Of a DNA stretch of 64,000 nt, positions 37,001-50,394 are shown piece after piece. The position numbers and the translations under genes are program-made. The notes beneath the pieces were generated by a model that saw only the letters and a list, made by a program, of their open reading frames with translations, was not told the origin of the DNA and searched no databases. The stretch covers positions 20,962,152-21,026,151 of the forward strand of contig OZ316896.1 of the NCBI GenBank assembly GCA_973895155.1, written 5' to 3'. Numbering within the stretch: position 1 is the stretch's first letter; each line of letters begins with the position of its first letter. This stretch comes from Marsupella aquatica (lineage: Eukaryota > Plantae > Marchantiophyta).

Positions 37001-38850
37001 CAGAGGTTGTGGCAACGTCGTGAAGGAGGTTCTTCAAGGCAGAGAACCTTCTGTCTATTTTACTCACAGGTTTTGAGATTGAAATATGGTCTGCTTTTAC
37101 GATATTGAAACACCCTCCGTCTCTGGATGACGCTTCTGGTACTGCCACAACATTTGGAAACAAGTTCTGCACAGCCACCAAGGATTGCCCTTTCGTCATA
37201 TCTGCCAATCTCAATGCCGAGAAAGTCCGAATCGAGATTCAACATTAGGATTTTGCACAGGTAGAGAATTCTATCGACTATCAAAAGCTCCAGATTTTGC
37301 TTTCCTGAAAACTGTGATCGAATTTTCACACAATCTAATCTAATCTAAATCTAATCCATTCTCAGCCAGACTGAACTGATCGTCCCCCGAAATGCTAGTT
37401 GTCAAGTGCGAAGACAGGGAAGAAGGCAAGGAATTTCTCTTGTGAGTAAGCAATTCTTTGATGAGGAGCCTTCGGTATACAGCTAAAGAGGGCGGATTTT
37501 TCCTCGTTCAGTCACCAGATGGATCCCGTAAGCTCTCTAGACCTAGCAGGACCCATGTCAGCAGCTCTAGATCTAGCAACGACCGAACTTGACTGAAGGT
37601 CATCCATACAAGCAAGAGACTTCATAGTCTTAGGGACTAAAGTGGTTGACTCTCTGGACTGTGATCAAAACTGGTAAAGAATCCAGAATGCGAGTCGGTC
37701 ACAGCGTATCCGGACGCAGCGGAGCCGCCAGACATCAGAAATGACTAAGTTATTGAAGAGCTACTAGACAGGGCATCTCTACTAGAGCAACCGACTGAAT
37801 GTAAACAACACAATCTTCGAATTAATTGCAAGAACCAGCACTCTCTTACATAATAGAAAAAGTAATTAAGCAGTAGATCTGTACCGATTTTGTGGGAAGA
37901 CTTTCACCAATATTATGAATTCTCCAATTCCCATGAATCCCACATAGGTGATCGAACTCGTACTTCAATCTTTTTGCTTCTGTGCTCAGGTTTTTCAAGT
38001 AAGACGACAACGGACTCCGGAGAAGGTCTACTTGTTGCGATACAAATGGGAACCCGTCGTGAGGGGTACCGTAGTAAAAGATCCCTCTAATGCTGTTTAG
38101 GAAAGTCTTGCCCTTTGTCGAGCTCCTGTTCAGCTTGGTTGCTTGCAAACACAACTGCTTGATTACAATGCCACCGAAGCAGTAGCCAACCAGTACAACA
38201 GGGCAATGGAGCAATTGCCCAATTTCTTTCTCCATCATATCAAGCAACAGATTCTCGGCAATGACATACAAGTCAAAGCTCTCATATGAGCTCTTCCCCA
38301 CTCCCCCACTGTAAGCCGCAACAAATATGTGAGCGTTGGGGAATGCCTCAGCCAACCATCTCTGAGGCCAAAACGTGCCGTCCTTGCTTTCCCACGGATC
38401 TAAATGGGCATCCGTGGAGTTCCCCGAGTGGATCCCATGGAAGAATACAATCTGCATGTTGGGAGGGCATTCTGGTCTGTGAAATTCGTACAGAGATTCG
38501 TTCACCTGAGACGACCAATTCGTAACACAAAAACGGGTCATTACTGTACTCATTTGGGCTTCTCCACACGGGATCTCCACTGTGTAGACAAATGCGAAGA
38601 CAAGCCATCGAGGATTGAAGTGATCGTGATTCTCTAACTATGTTACAATTTACAATCCAGGGAGTAGAATGGGAGACAAACGGGCTTTGAGGCAAGGCAA
38701 AACAAAGGAGCAAACAATGCAGATCGTCACAAAGACCGAGATGAGGAGTTCGAACTGTGAACCCCACCTGATGAACTGTTCCCTTCTCTTAGAACCAGAG
38801 GCTTGTCCAGATGCCGACGAGGAGCCCTCCCCGAAAAGTCGGCCGAACAT
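34070..38850 (-). pseudogene. Alpha/beta-hydrolase-NB-ARC-LRR (HNL-type) immune receptor, probably disrupted
   Basis: Hydrolase motifs IVFFHGI, FWPQRWL, VLVGYCFGG, FYYGTPH and ADHISISKP. NB-ARC motifs TTLAKAVF, LALDDV, FIWTSR, CDGLPLAL and VHEQL. LRRs LPESFGQLSAL in 34070-35386. Frameshift at ~36310 and no GxGGxGK before TTLAK. Confidence 0.85.
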
Positions 38851-40559
38851 TTCGATCTGCTCAAAGGCTCGATGCGAAGGAAACACCGCTGAAAGTCCTC
38901 GATGAGAAGAACAACCCTTGCGAGGAAAACCTACAGTAAGTCATAGGACATATGACATGTGGTTGATCTGACGGCAGCTTTGATTAAATCATCCGTAGCT
39001 TTCTGCATCGGTAAGGTCCTCTCCCCAAGCGAGCTCTCCATCACCTTGCAGACCTACCACACCTCGACCAAGTTGTGTCAGGACCAGAGCCCCGGCACTT
39101 CGCACCGTGATCGAACCCGGCAGCGATCAAAGCAGAGAATACCGAACGGCGCAGAAGTATCGAGAACAGATAGAATCAAAGCAGGGCAAGACTCTCTCTT
39201 CCCTTACCCAATCCGTGGTCGAGCCGGGTCGATAGTTTGACGGGCGGATGCTGCTAGTGAGAGACAACCGAAGGTAACGGCGTCTGTCTGTTCTCACTTT
39301 GACGATTTCCGTGGACAGACCCCGAAGGAACCGCCGTGGTGTAAACGTTTCCAGAATTATTTCATTGGCTGCGTTGCGGGTTCCTTTGACTTTGGGAGCT
39401 CACAAGGCTACTTTTCGTCGTCCTATGGTATAAGGAGCTGGGAGAGCATGCTGCTGTAGGTAACTTACTTCAAGCTCTTTGAGAAGTCTTTGCACGGGTT
39501 GTTGAGACGAAATCATGTAAATTTGCGGTGCACATTATGGCGTGACACCAATTTTGCTCTCTCTAACAACAGCTGCACTTGATCGTGACTGCCTCAACCC
39601 ACAAATACTCAGTCAAGAGAAACTTAAGAATACACAAGTGAGGACTTATACGGCATCGTGCGCGTCGGTTTCAGACTTGAACTTGCAGGACTCAGCTCTG
39701 GAGCAAAATGTTGAACAGAAAGACGCAAAGGGAAGTGAAAAGAACAAAACATGCACTTGCCTCCATTCACTTTCAGATTCTGCCCCAATTTGTAAGCGTT
39801 ATCAAGTACACACACCCTTTGTGCTCTCTCCTGGGCACGGGCCTGGACATCCATTTCCTACTGCGGAGAAAACAGATAAGAAAGGTGTGACAACCCTGCA
39901 GCGTTCTAGCCAATGTGTCAAGGATCTCTACGGACTGCTCAAGAGCTTGGCTTATTAAGATTGACGAACAATTTAGAGCCTCTGTATTTCGACCTAAGAA
40001 CCTTGTGATTGAAACCCACAGAACTCGGCTACAGGACGGGGATTCGCAGCTCCTGTAAAGGTCCTCTAACGAGGTCGCAATCTGAAACGGTACTCTTTGT
40101 AGCTTAATCTCTGGGAAGGTCGTCTTCCATCGACTTCCGTCGTCAATCGACATAACCTATTCATTCAAGACTTTACTTTCCCAAGCTAGGGAAGCTGTAA
40201 ATTTATGCCACAGTGCGCACGGGATGGTGATTATCGTCGTCGATCTCATATTTCACAGTGAACGAAGGCTGGGCCGAATCGGCTCCTCTAGAGGTCACTC
40301 CACCCTTCCACCTACTATGCACTACCGCAGTATTGTTTTTATGTCTGCTTTGCGCGTTCTTTTCAACCTTCATCCAGCACCATCGCGAGTCGCTGTCCAC
40401 GTTGCATCCTGCAAACTAATGAACGTGCGTAGGTTTAGACGTAGTCATCCTATGGTCTGATAGGGGAGTTGTATGATCTCAAGGTGGCTTACTTCAAGCT
40501 AGTGTAAAGATTTGTTTGCCTTCAAAGATCTTTTTGAATTCCATTCACAAAGACATCAT

Positions 40560-43480
40560 ACAAACAGATGGTCACCAGGGCAACACCACAGGAGGACCAA
40601 AGGTCGAAGTGCAAAAGAAAGCCGGTGGGGCCGGCGCCAGGAAAGAAACTAGGCCCCTAGATAAGGGGCAGCCAAATAAGGAATTTAACTACTGTAGTAG
40701 GAGAAGCACACTCCAAGAGATTGGCCAATGCTCAGGTTCCGGCAAGGTTCCATTCAGTGGGTCCGTGATAGACTTACGTTCCTATCGTCTAGCCTGCAGT
40801 GAAGAATCTAATCCTGGAAACAACTATAGTTCATGGTGGACAGGGTGGGACCGGGGGGACTTCTAGCCTGTCCACGTGTAGCGTCCACAACCCTGCATGA
40901 GCCTCATAGTCAAAACACATGTCCTGATAAGCTCTCTCCGAGGTGGTCTTCCCTATCCGGATCCTAGCACGATGTTTGGCCCAGTCCCTGCGCAGGTACA
41001 CTCCAAGCCGGTGCCATGATTTCTGAATGACAGCATGCGGGCTCGATCTGGTGTGTTCAATAAAGTGGGAACTCCGATCCTTCCAGATGTTCCAACATAC
41101 AACTGCCCTTAAGATATGCCACAACTTGCCTGGTACACCCCACTCCTCAGGTAGGGGCTCGCCTACAAAAATGTGAATCGGTTGTAAGTTGAGCATGGTA
41201 TTACCAGTGTGTGAAGCCAAGCAAAGAGTGTACTGAGCCCAGTTCCAAATGACCTGGGAGACTGGGCAGCTCCAAATGCAATGGCTTATGTTCTCCTGTT
41301 TCATCAAGTTGCTCCGGGTGCACCAGGTTGACTCGTCATGAACTCGGAGTTACGGGTTCCGCCAATGCTGCCTTGCAGGAATCCGGTACAGAAGCTGCTA
41401 AAGGTAGCAATTCTCTGATGCTGCCCTGAAAGGCATCCATGTGTTGCTCCATAGTGTCATGGGGGCTGGGCACCAATGCAGCAATGTAGCCCATTTAGTC
41501 AAGGCCTTGTGAAGTCCAATCCTCGCATGTCCCTGGAGCTTTCTGAGATGCGCAGTACAAGTATCAATGATGGTGTACCGTCACTCCAATGGTACTATAG
41601 GAGAATAGCAAGGTCTCCAGTGGGGTTACCAATGCGCTGCCTAACAGTGTTATTGGCCCCGGAGGTCCTAATCAGCACAGGAGAAAGTACAATGTTGGCC
41701 GGTGGTGAAGAGTGTGCTGATTTGTGGAGGTACCCATTCTGGACCATGAATGTGTTCACTGGCTTCGATGTGTCCTGAAATTGTTGCCAATTCGAGGTGA
41801 TGTGTTTCCGCTGCACCTTGAATTCCCAAATCCAATGTGATTGACCCGGGAGAGTAGCTTCCATGAGCAATGGTTCCGTTTGTTCCCTGTAGTCGTCAAG
41901 CTCTGGCACAGACCTGAGGTTAGCAATCAATTTCCTGAATGCCATTGCACAATTCCGTGGGAGTATTTGCCCAGGGCCCTCTTCCCAGGATAGGAATCCC
42001 CATCATTGGTGAGAACATCTCTCAGAACCACCAAACCAGCTTGACGCAACCGCCGCTGAGGGTTCGAAAGGCACTTCGCCTGGTTAGCCTGAATATGGAT
42101 GAGGTGGGGTCTCCACAGTGGCAGGTTACGCCATCCCTCCAGGTGTGCTGGTGCGGAGGGTCGTATGTGCTTCTTGATCACATTCCATCCGGTGCAAATG
42201 TTTGACCACACCTTGGATCCTCCTGACGGCATTGTGTAGCAGGGTGTGAAGACCCAAGTGAAGTCCTGAACACCCCATTTCTTCCCTGATAGCTGCCGCA
42301 AGTACATTTGCAGGATTCTCCTGAGAGGGTGATCTGCCTCAGCTAAAGCCCAAACGATAAAACCGCCTGCAAGAGCTCTGAACTGTGTTGGAATAGAGAT
42401 TAGCCCAAGCCCCCCCTAGCTCCTGGATCTCGTAATCGTGGCAAGGTCCACCCGAGATCGGGCCTTCTCATTCTGGCCAGCCCAAACAAAGGAGGTGATC
42501 TTCTTCTGTAAAGCATCCAACGTCTTCGGATGGCCGGCCCATACTGTGAGGAAGTACCAAATAGTGCTCATGATCAAGTGGTTAGCAACAGTGACACGAT
42601 CGATAAGGGACTCAGATCTCTTACGGATCCGGTCAAGTCGAGATTCCAGCCGATCCGACACAGTTTTGATTAGTTGATGCTCAGAGATGTGTTGCGCCAT
42701 GGGAATACCAAGCAGGCACTTGCATCATTCTCCCTAGTCCACGGGAGGGCCTGGAATTCCGCAGGTATGGATCTAGATGGTATGAAAACTGCCTTGGTTT
42801 GTTCCCAGATGCAGTGAAGCCCAGACGCCAATCCAAATGAAAGCAATTGTTGACGGCTAAACTATACAAATCTCATGTTGGCCCTCAGTAGCAGTACGAC
42901 ATCATCGGCAAAGAAATTGTGCACGTTGTGTACCCCAATTGAAGGGATTCTAACTCCTTCCAAATCCCCCTGGTCCACCGCCTTGAGAAATATCTTACTA
43001 AGGGCATCAATGGCAATGATGAACAACCGGGGGGAGAGTGGGCAGCCCTGTCTCACCTAACGTTCCAAGGAAAAGGGGGCAGCCATTTTGCCATTGAGCA
43101 AGACAGCAGATGTGGCCGAACAGAAGCTAGCGCGAAAAAATTGCAAAATTAGCCCATCGAATCCTACCTTTTCCATCAGCATCAGAAGAAATCCCCATTC
43201 AAGTTTATCGAAGGCCTTAGTCACTTCTAATTTCATTAGAATGAATTGCAGTCCCGAGGATTCAGCATGGTGGAGGAGCTCATTTAGGAGTAGCAGAGTG
43301 ATGAATATTACGCCCGGGTAGAAATGCAAATTGTTGGGGTGTGATAAACCGCTCCAGGACAGTGTAAAGAGACTACGGAGGATAGCCCAACGTTGCAACT
43401 GTGAACCTGCTCGACTACTGTAGGTAGATGAGAACGAAGGCCCAGAGGCTCGGTATTGAAGGAAGGACTTTGACAATATC
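40560..43480 (-). mobile_element. 5'-truncated, degenerate L1-type LINE retrotransposon (RT and zf-RVT remnants)
   Basis: KAFDKLEWGFL, RQGCPLSP.LF, FFADD, GGLGL-like and HCIWSCP motifs spread over frameshifted ORFs. Confidence 0.9.
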
Positions 43481-43481
43481 A

Positions 43482-43750
43482 ACTAGCTCCGTTCCCGATG
43501 CCAAACTTCGAGACCCATCACAATTTTCGTCTATTCTCGCGTAAATCCGCCAGTTTGTTTTTTAGACTAGCTCGCGAGACCCATCACAATTTTCGTGTAT
43601 TCTTTCGCGTAAATCCGTCAGTTTGTTTTACAGACTAGCTCCGTTCCCCGATGCAAATCTTCGAGACCCATTACACTTTCGTAGCTCCGTTCCCCGATGC
43701 AAATCTTCGAGACCCATTACACTTTCGTCTATTCTCGTGAGTCCGTCAAT
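43482..43750. repeat. Degenerate tandem repeat (tagctccgttccccgatgcaaatcttcgagacccat) next to the LINE
   Basis: About 4 partial copies visible. Confidence 0.8.
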
Positions 43751-45037
43751 TTTTATCCTTCCCCGTTTTCAGTCCTTTTTCGTTTCCCGTTTGACAGAAA
43801 TAGTTCATTGGTCGTTTACTTCACTTCTTTTTGATGATGCTTTCGAAGTGGAATACAAACGAGACGATGTGGTTCACAAACGAGACGATGTGGTTTACAA
43901 ACGAGACGTTCGCTGTGGAAGTCTACCGATAAATTACTTCTCAGCTTGGCCTGTTTTTCTTGTGCATTCCGATACATCCGTGGTTATCAGTCCGATGACG
44001 ATGTTGTGTGTAAACTAGTCGGAGGCTTAGAGGCTCATCCTGTGGTCTAACGAGCTGAGATAGAATGGTACTTTAGGTTACTTACAACCAGCTCGTGGAG
44101 AAGACTTACACTGGATGTTGAGAGGACATTACATAATTTGCAGTGCGCATATTGGTATGACAACTCCAGCGTGTTGGGCTTAGGAGCTTTTTACCCCAAC
44201 TTCTTGAGGTGCGGTTGTGTATCTCACGTTCAGCATTGTTCTTTAGACGTGCATTATCGCTGTTTACCACGGCAATCAAGAGATTCCGTCTGGGAAACCA
44301 ATGTTGCGTATTATTGAAATGTAAGTGGTGTAGTTGACTATTGTGGTCCCTGCATTTCAGTGGACGACTCTTTAAGATTTTGCGTCCACCTCTCCTCTAA
44401 GTTCATCACGTTTGTAGGGTAGCTTTTTGAAACTGTGATAGCCGGCTCGATTTTGGTCAATTACTTTGCATTCTGTTTGATAATGCGGCAGGTTCCAGCA
44501 ATATTAGGAAGATCAGAAGCAGCCAAACTATAAAGACGAAACATCCCTTACACGAAATAAAAATCAGAGGTACTGTCCAACCATTAATTTTGGAGAGTCC
44601 CAATTACAAAGAGCAATCTTCATACTATTACAAGTGACACTAAGGAAATAAAGGAACACAAAACCTTTCCGATTCTGTGTACGATACGAATAAAAGCGTG
44701 AGACATCAAACTTCTGCAAATACGTGCCCATCCGTTGAAGTTGGCAAATATGGAACACGAATTTCGTTCCTAGATTACCAATTCCTACCTCATGCAAAAG
44801 TACGTCGAGCTTCAGATTCTTGGACCAATCTGCGTCTAGCTCAACAACCCATCACAGGATGATGCCGAGCGCACGGGTGAATCATTTTGCACCGAAAATG
44901 ACGGCATTTACATCAATCGACCGACATAGACATAGTACTCTTTCCATCAAATTGCTCTGTTCGTCGCAACAACCAGCCGACCGTTGGTGAGGAAAGGCAC
45001 GGGTTGGAGAGCTGGTGGTGAGTGATGTCTGCTGCTT

Positions 45038-48000
45038 TCAGGACGCAGCTGGCGTTGCGGCTTGTGGACCACCATCAGCAACTAGGGCAACCTCATAGAT
45101 GTCTGTTCCACTCCCTGCTGCTGCAAGACGACATGCTCAACACCTCAGGTCAGGATTATATAGTATACAGATCTCTTGCTAATCTTCCTTATCACAGAAG
45201 ACAAGGCATAAAAATGTTCACGAAGACCCAAATTTCAAGCTTGGCTGAGAAGCGAAAATGTTTTGGGAGTCAGTAAAACTCAACCTCAATTACTGGCTAG
45301 AACATACGGTATGACACCTTTGAATGATCAGTGAAAGTATAGCTTACAGATGTTTGCTGTGATCCCTGGTCCAAAAAATGAGGTAAACTTAGTCTGCAGG
45401 ACAAAGACAGGCATTGTAATTTAGCAGTTCGTACTTTCCAAACTTGTTAGACAATGATCTCGACTAAGGAATTCAGGGGAGGAACGGAACAGGACACCTG
45501 TAAGCTCTTAAAACATAGATACAAGAGGATTTGACTATTGGTACTACCTGTCGCTGTTTGAAATCGTCCAGCTTCAAAGATTTTGCTTCAAACACAAGCA
45601 CTAATGTATATTTCTTATCCCCAGACACCTGCACTGTCATCGTCGGTCCACCAAGTCCATCAAAAAGGTGAAGAAATTCCACACGATCCTGAAAGTAATC
45701 CTGGTAATCCTTAAAGTAAAGAGATCCCACCGAAGCGGTGGGAGGTGCCTTTAATAGCCACCTCAAGCCCGATTAAGCATACAATTCTTCTCTAATGCTC
45801 ATCAGTCGCTACCTGCAAATCTAGCTGATGAAAGAGCTTTTATAATGTCGCATTCCGGTGCGTCAGGAATGGACATGTAACCCTGATAAGAGACCTAGAC
45901 GATTAGAGCTCACCTCTTCACGAATAAATTGAAGTTTTGGGGCGTTCCGTCTTTGAATGCCTCCACCCTGCAACCGCAGTGAACTTCTCTTAAACAAGGA
46001 GGTCCGAGCTAAAACTCTGTCAAATTGAAAGAAACTGGATCCAAATGGCCATACTGTTTTCCTCTGACACTGTCTGCAGACTACAAAGGTTAATATTCTC
46101 GTCAACTCCCACCTCAACTTCACGAGATCGGTAAGTTTCGAATTGATGCTCATCTGGAAAGCTAATATGACAGCTTTCGGATGAAGAAATTTACCAGGCC
46201 ATATCGGAAAATCCTCTTAAGGGCTTCATCAAGATGTTGTTCATCTCCGTATCGATACCTTGTGACATCATTTCTCACCTACAAAGACAAAGATCAGCAC
46301 GAATCACCCTTCGTATCGCAAGATGAATCTCCGTACAAGCCTTTTACATCTCCAAAATTTTCCAACAGCAAAACTGTACTCAACTCAGTTTTGGCCTCTC
46401 ATGTGTCTGCCTTGGCCATGCCAGCTTAAACCTGTCACCCATTCAGATGCAAGCAGAGAGCCATACCTGGGTTAAGATCTCGGTTGCTTGACTTTCACGA
46501 AGACCAAAAGCATCCGCATAAGTTAGACACGGTACAGGCTTCAACTCTGCATACTGCAAAAACGAATCCAGTACTCCACTCTCCAGCGTCAATTAACACT
46601 TATCCCAACCACGGTTATCTTTACGAAGTCTGACTAGATCAGCGCAAGCATACTGCAACTGATGAGACTAATAACCATCCTCGAGAATGAGCTAGAAGAT
46701 CTTGTAGCATCATACTATCAAAATTAAACACCATTTTAAATCCAGCTCAATCGTTCGTACTCAGTGCCTCTTCTCGACAAATCAACTTGTATCGCAGAAG
46801 GTCGTACCTTCAGAGCCATGCCGATAATGGTTAAGGGGAAGCCATAAGTAAGCATGAGAGCTGAAACCTCAGATCCCGGCAAAACCGTGAAGTAGGCTCC
46901 GAATCCATACCTGGATTCAAGAGTCCAAAGTCAATCAACCCCGTATTGTTGTCTCCGAAAACCTGAGAGCAACAAGGACATTCGCTAAGAGTACTCACGA
47001 AAGCAATCCGATGCCGACGGTGAGGCCGATAGTGCCGAATGATGTCTGCACTCATGAAGAAAACAAAACAAGGGGGGGACAAAGTATTTCAGTAAGTCGA
47101 ATTTCAGGACCTTCACCTCATGGCAATGTATTACGACAGCGGAAGTACAGAAAAGGCCGGTGTAGCAGGCTCGAAAATTAATTTGTTCAGTTCAGTTCAG
47201 TTCGCACTTCAAAGACACGGGGCAAATGCTAACGTCGCTATTAACACCAGGAGACTCGTGCATTGAGCCAACTCTCTACCCACCAATTCCAGACCAACTC
47301 CTCAACCTAATTCCGCCAAACGTCAAGAAATCTGGCACTTAACGTGTATATAGATGGTAGTCGAATTAATTCTCTTCAACACATGAAAACACTGATAACA
47401 GCAGCTAAACTTTCAATGACAACCGTGCATCCCAACCAATTCCGCATCCCAACCAATTCCGCATCCCAACCAATTCTGCTCAAAACATGAACGGAAGCTC
47501 CAAATGAAGGATCAAATCTTTTCCGCAACCACAGAATTGGTTGTCCTTGGAATTAGAAGGGGAGAATTTTACAACGACCCAGGCCTCTCAAAAACCACTG
47601 AGGAAGCAAAGTAATTGTCCTGAACATCAAAGGTAGCTTTCAACAAGGACTGAGATGGAGGGTTGAGTATCTGAACCACCCTCTGAGAATCTTTCCAAAG
47701 AGCTCAGGGAGTAAATTCTGTGACTAATTGATAAGTTGGATGCCCCATTTTGCATCTGGGACCCGAGCCAAACAACAAAGCAGGACAAGGTACCCAATTC
47801 AACACTCCTCGCTGGTACCAAACTCACCTTCGTGATGGTGATTTCAGTGTCTGGAATGATCTCTTTGCTACCCGCAGAGCTGGAGGAAGAAGTGGAGGTT
47901 TCGACATTGCTGGTGGCAGCCGTGACTTGCAGCGGCAGTGTCTTCCTGACGAGCCTCTGCTGGGCTCGGATCGTCGTCCTCAGCACCCCCCCACCAATTC

Positions 48001-48127
48001 CATTCAATGCTCTGCCTGACGATGACACCTGAGCAACATCCATCCTCCCCCTGCTGCTGCTGCTGCAGCACTCCTGCAGTCCCAGCAGCATCGGCTGCTG
48101 CTGCTGCAATGCCATAGCCATTGCCAT
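45038..48127 (-). CDS. APE1: Acclimation of photosynthesis to environment 1 (DUF2854 thylakoid protein); exons approx. 47828-48127, 46999-47045, 46808-46911, 46467-46553, 46195-46278, 45914-45967, 45548-45628, 45348-45393, 45038-45120
   Basis: Transit-peptide-like N-terminus, then SFGTIGL, YGFGAYF, LMLTYGFPL.IIGMALK, YAELKPVPC, VRNDVTRYRYGDEQHLDEALKRIF, LVFEAK and KFTSFFGP; GT-AG introns. Confidence 0.9.
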
Positions 48128-48222
48128 CACTCTTCTAGACACAGCTCGAATTTCACGAGAAAGACGTCGGTTAAACCACGCATCGGGGTATAAAAGCCCC
48201 AGAGTACTGTCCGGCCTCACTC

Positions 48223-48312
48223 AGTATGTCCTGTGGGGCCACCTGGTACTGTGCGGACCTGCCCGTCAGTATGTCCTGTGGGGCCACCTGGTACTGTGCG
48301 GACCTGCCCGTC
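48223..48312. repeat. 45-bp tandem duplication in the APE1 proximal promoter
   Basis: agtatgtcctgtggggccacctggtactgtgcggacctgcccgtc x2. Confidence 0.9.
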
Positions 48313-49440
48313 CCGTCTGCTACCTGTCCGTCCCGTCTGCTTCAAAACAATGGGAGACATGGCTGAGTACATGGATAGAGATGAGTAATTATAAGGACAA
48401 TAATTATGTGAGTTGCACCGTATGGCTACGCATGTGAGGGAGGCACATTGGAAAGTGTGTCTCATCTCTAATTTTTATTTAAAAATATATCCAATTAAAA
48501 TATTATTTTAAATTTTCATTAGACCTAAAAAATGCCATAGGGAAAGGGAGGGTGTACATGCGTGAACAGGTAAGTATACAAGTATTACTCAAGGTTGGGG
48601 CACAAGATTCCTTTAAATCTGATAATTTGATTTTTTATAATGTACATTTATTTACTGGTGAGCTTTAGAGCACCCATGTATCATTTGTCTTGCTTTGTAT
48701 ATTTTTTAATAATTTATTTGCATTTTGAGAGCCAGTGGAGACCATGATGATCTCGTGTGTCTTGATTTCTATTTGTTTCAATTTTTGTTTTTGAAAGTTC
48801 ATTTAAAAAAAGGGGGAGGGCCTAGGGGCACCCTCTCCCCCTGATTTTGTGCTCTCTCAATTTGACTGGGTGGGTTTTGCCCCTGTTTTTATTTGATGGG
48901 GCTTGCTCCTCCGTTACTTGAAAAAGAAATAAAAATATGTTCATTTAAAATAAGAGATCAGAAACTGGGTGGTCAAACCATTTTTAGTGGGAATGGAATA
49001 CACAAACTTTTTACAGAAAAGGGCCAAACAGAGTACAAAAGAATAAACAAAAGAGGTCCCAAGTGGGCAAAACCAAATGCAAAAGAAGTGAGCAAAAGGA
49101 ACCCTCTAAGAACCAAAAAAAAAAGGGAACTAAAACGATCGCAAATGGACCAAGTTCCTTATCATTCCTAGCTAATGTGGGTAACAGCTAATGGTCCATA
49201 TCAAGTGTCAAAACTAAATTGGCAAGTGGGAATGAACATTCAAAATGGTTGACCACTTCTCATTTTTTCCAAGAAACTAAAAAGAAGTTTTTTTCCTCTT
49301 TCATTTCATTTTGTTGGGACAAGGTGACAATTTTCTTTTCCCTCCTATAGGGCAGTTTTTCTAGATTTGTTTTTGCTCCCAATCTTGCAAATGAATAGGA
49401 TTGGAGAAAGGTATTTTTGGGTGGGAGATGGGGAAAAGAG

Positions 49441-49608
49441 GAGGTATTTGCTTGATGGGACCCCAAAATGAGAAGTTTAACTTGATGGGACCCCTGAAGT
49501 TTTAAGTGAGTTGATTCAAGGTCAATCAATGGTCCGGATCACTCCGGATCACTCAGGGGTCCTATCAAGTAAAACTTTCCACATTGGGTCCCATCAAGCA
49601 AATACCAC
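49441..49608. mobile_element. Fold-back MITE related to the termini of element B
   Basis: ggtatttgcttgatgggaccc...gggtcccatcaagcaaatacc; flanked by the direct repeat ggaaaagag (9-10 bp); internal part matches 8451-8517. Confidence 0.75.
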
Positions 49609-49819
49609 AGGAAAAGAGCAAAAACTCCCTCGCCGTGTAATTTCTATCTCTCCTCCCCATCCACAACTCAATTTTTTCCCCATCTACATTATAATATGGA
49701 ATCCTGCCACTTTTTGTCCTTTTTCCGCTTACAAAAACCAAAAATGGCAGGATCTAATCCTAGCCTTCCATTGAAAACAATAGATTTTAATCAATTTCTA
49801 ATGATCCAAAACCCACCTT

Positions 49820-50394
49820 AACTCATCTCAACATCTTGCCCTTGCCCCGACATCTTTCCCCTCATCTTGACATCTTGCCCTCGCCTCGACATCTTGCCCT
49901 TATCTTGACATTTTTGCCTTTTCCTTGACATCTTTTCCTCCCTTCAACATCTTTGTCTCTTCTTGACATCTGTCCCTCCCCTCCTCATCTTGCCCTCGCC
50001 TCAACATCTTTGCCTCTCCTTGACATCTTTACATCTTTGTCTCTCCTTGACATATTGCCCTCACCTTGACATCTTGGCGTTGCCTTGACATCTTTGCATC
50101 CCCTTGACATCTTACCCTCTCCTTGACATCTTTGTCTCTCCACGACATCATGCCCTTCAAAATCTTGCCCTCACCTCAAAATCTTGCATTCAGCTCAACA
50201 TCCAGCCTTCACTCAAAATATTTCCCTAATCTTGACATCTTGCCCTCACCTCAAAATCTTGCCCTCACCTCGATATCCAACCCTCACTTGATATCTTGCC
50301 CTCACTCAAAATCTTGCCATCACCTCAATATATTGCTCGTGGGATCTTGCTCTCAGTCAAAATCTTTTGTGAAACGCACGGGCATGGGGCTCGT
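49820..50394 (+). repeat. ttgacatcttgccctc minisatellite, possibly the 3' part of a Helitron-like element
   Basis: Same motif family as 28500-29980; ends with aacgcacgggcatggggctcgt. Confidence 0.55.

Noticed and set aside
39542-40460. Several 60-140 aa ORFs upstream of the NLR
   Set aside because: No recognisable domain; may be decayed coding sequence but unsupported
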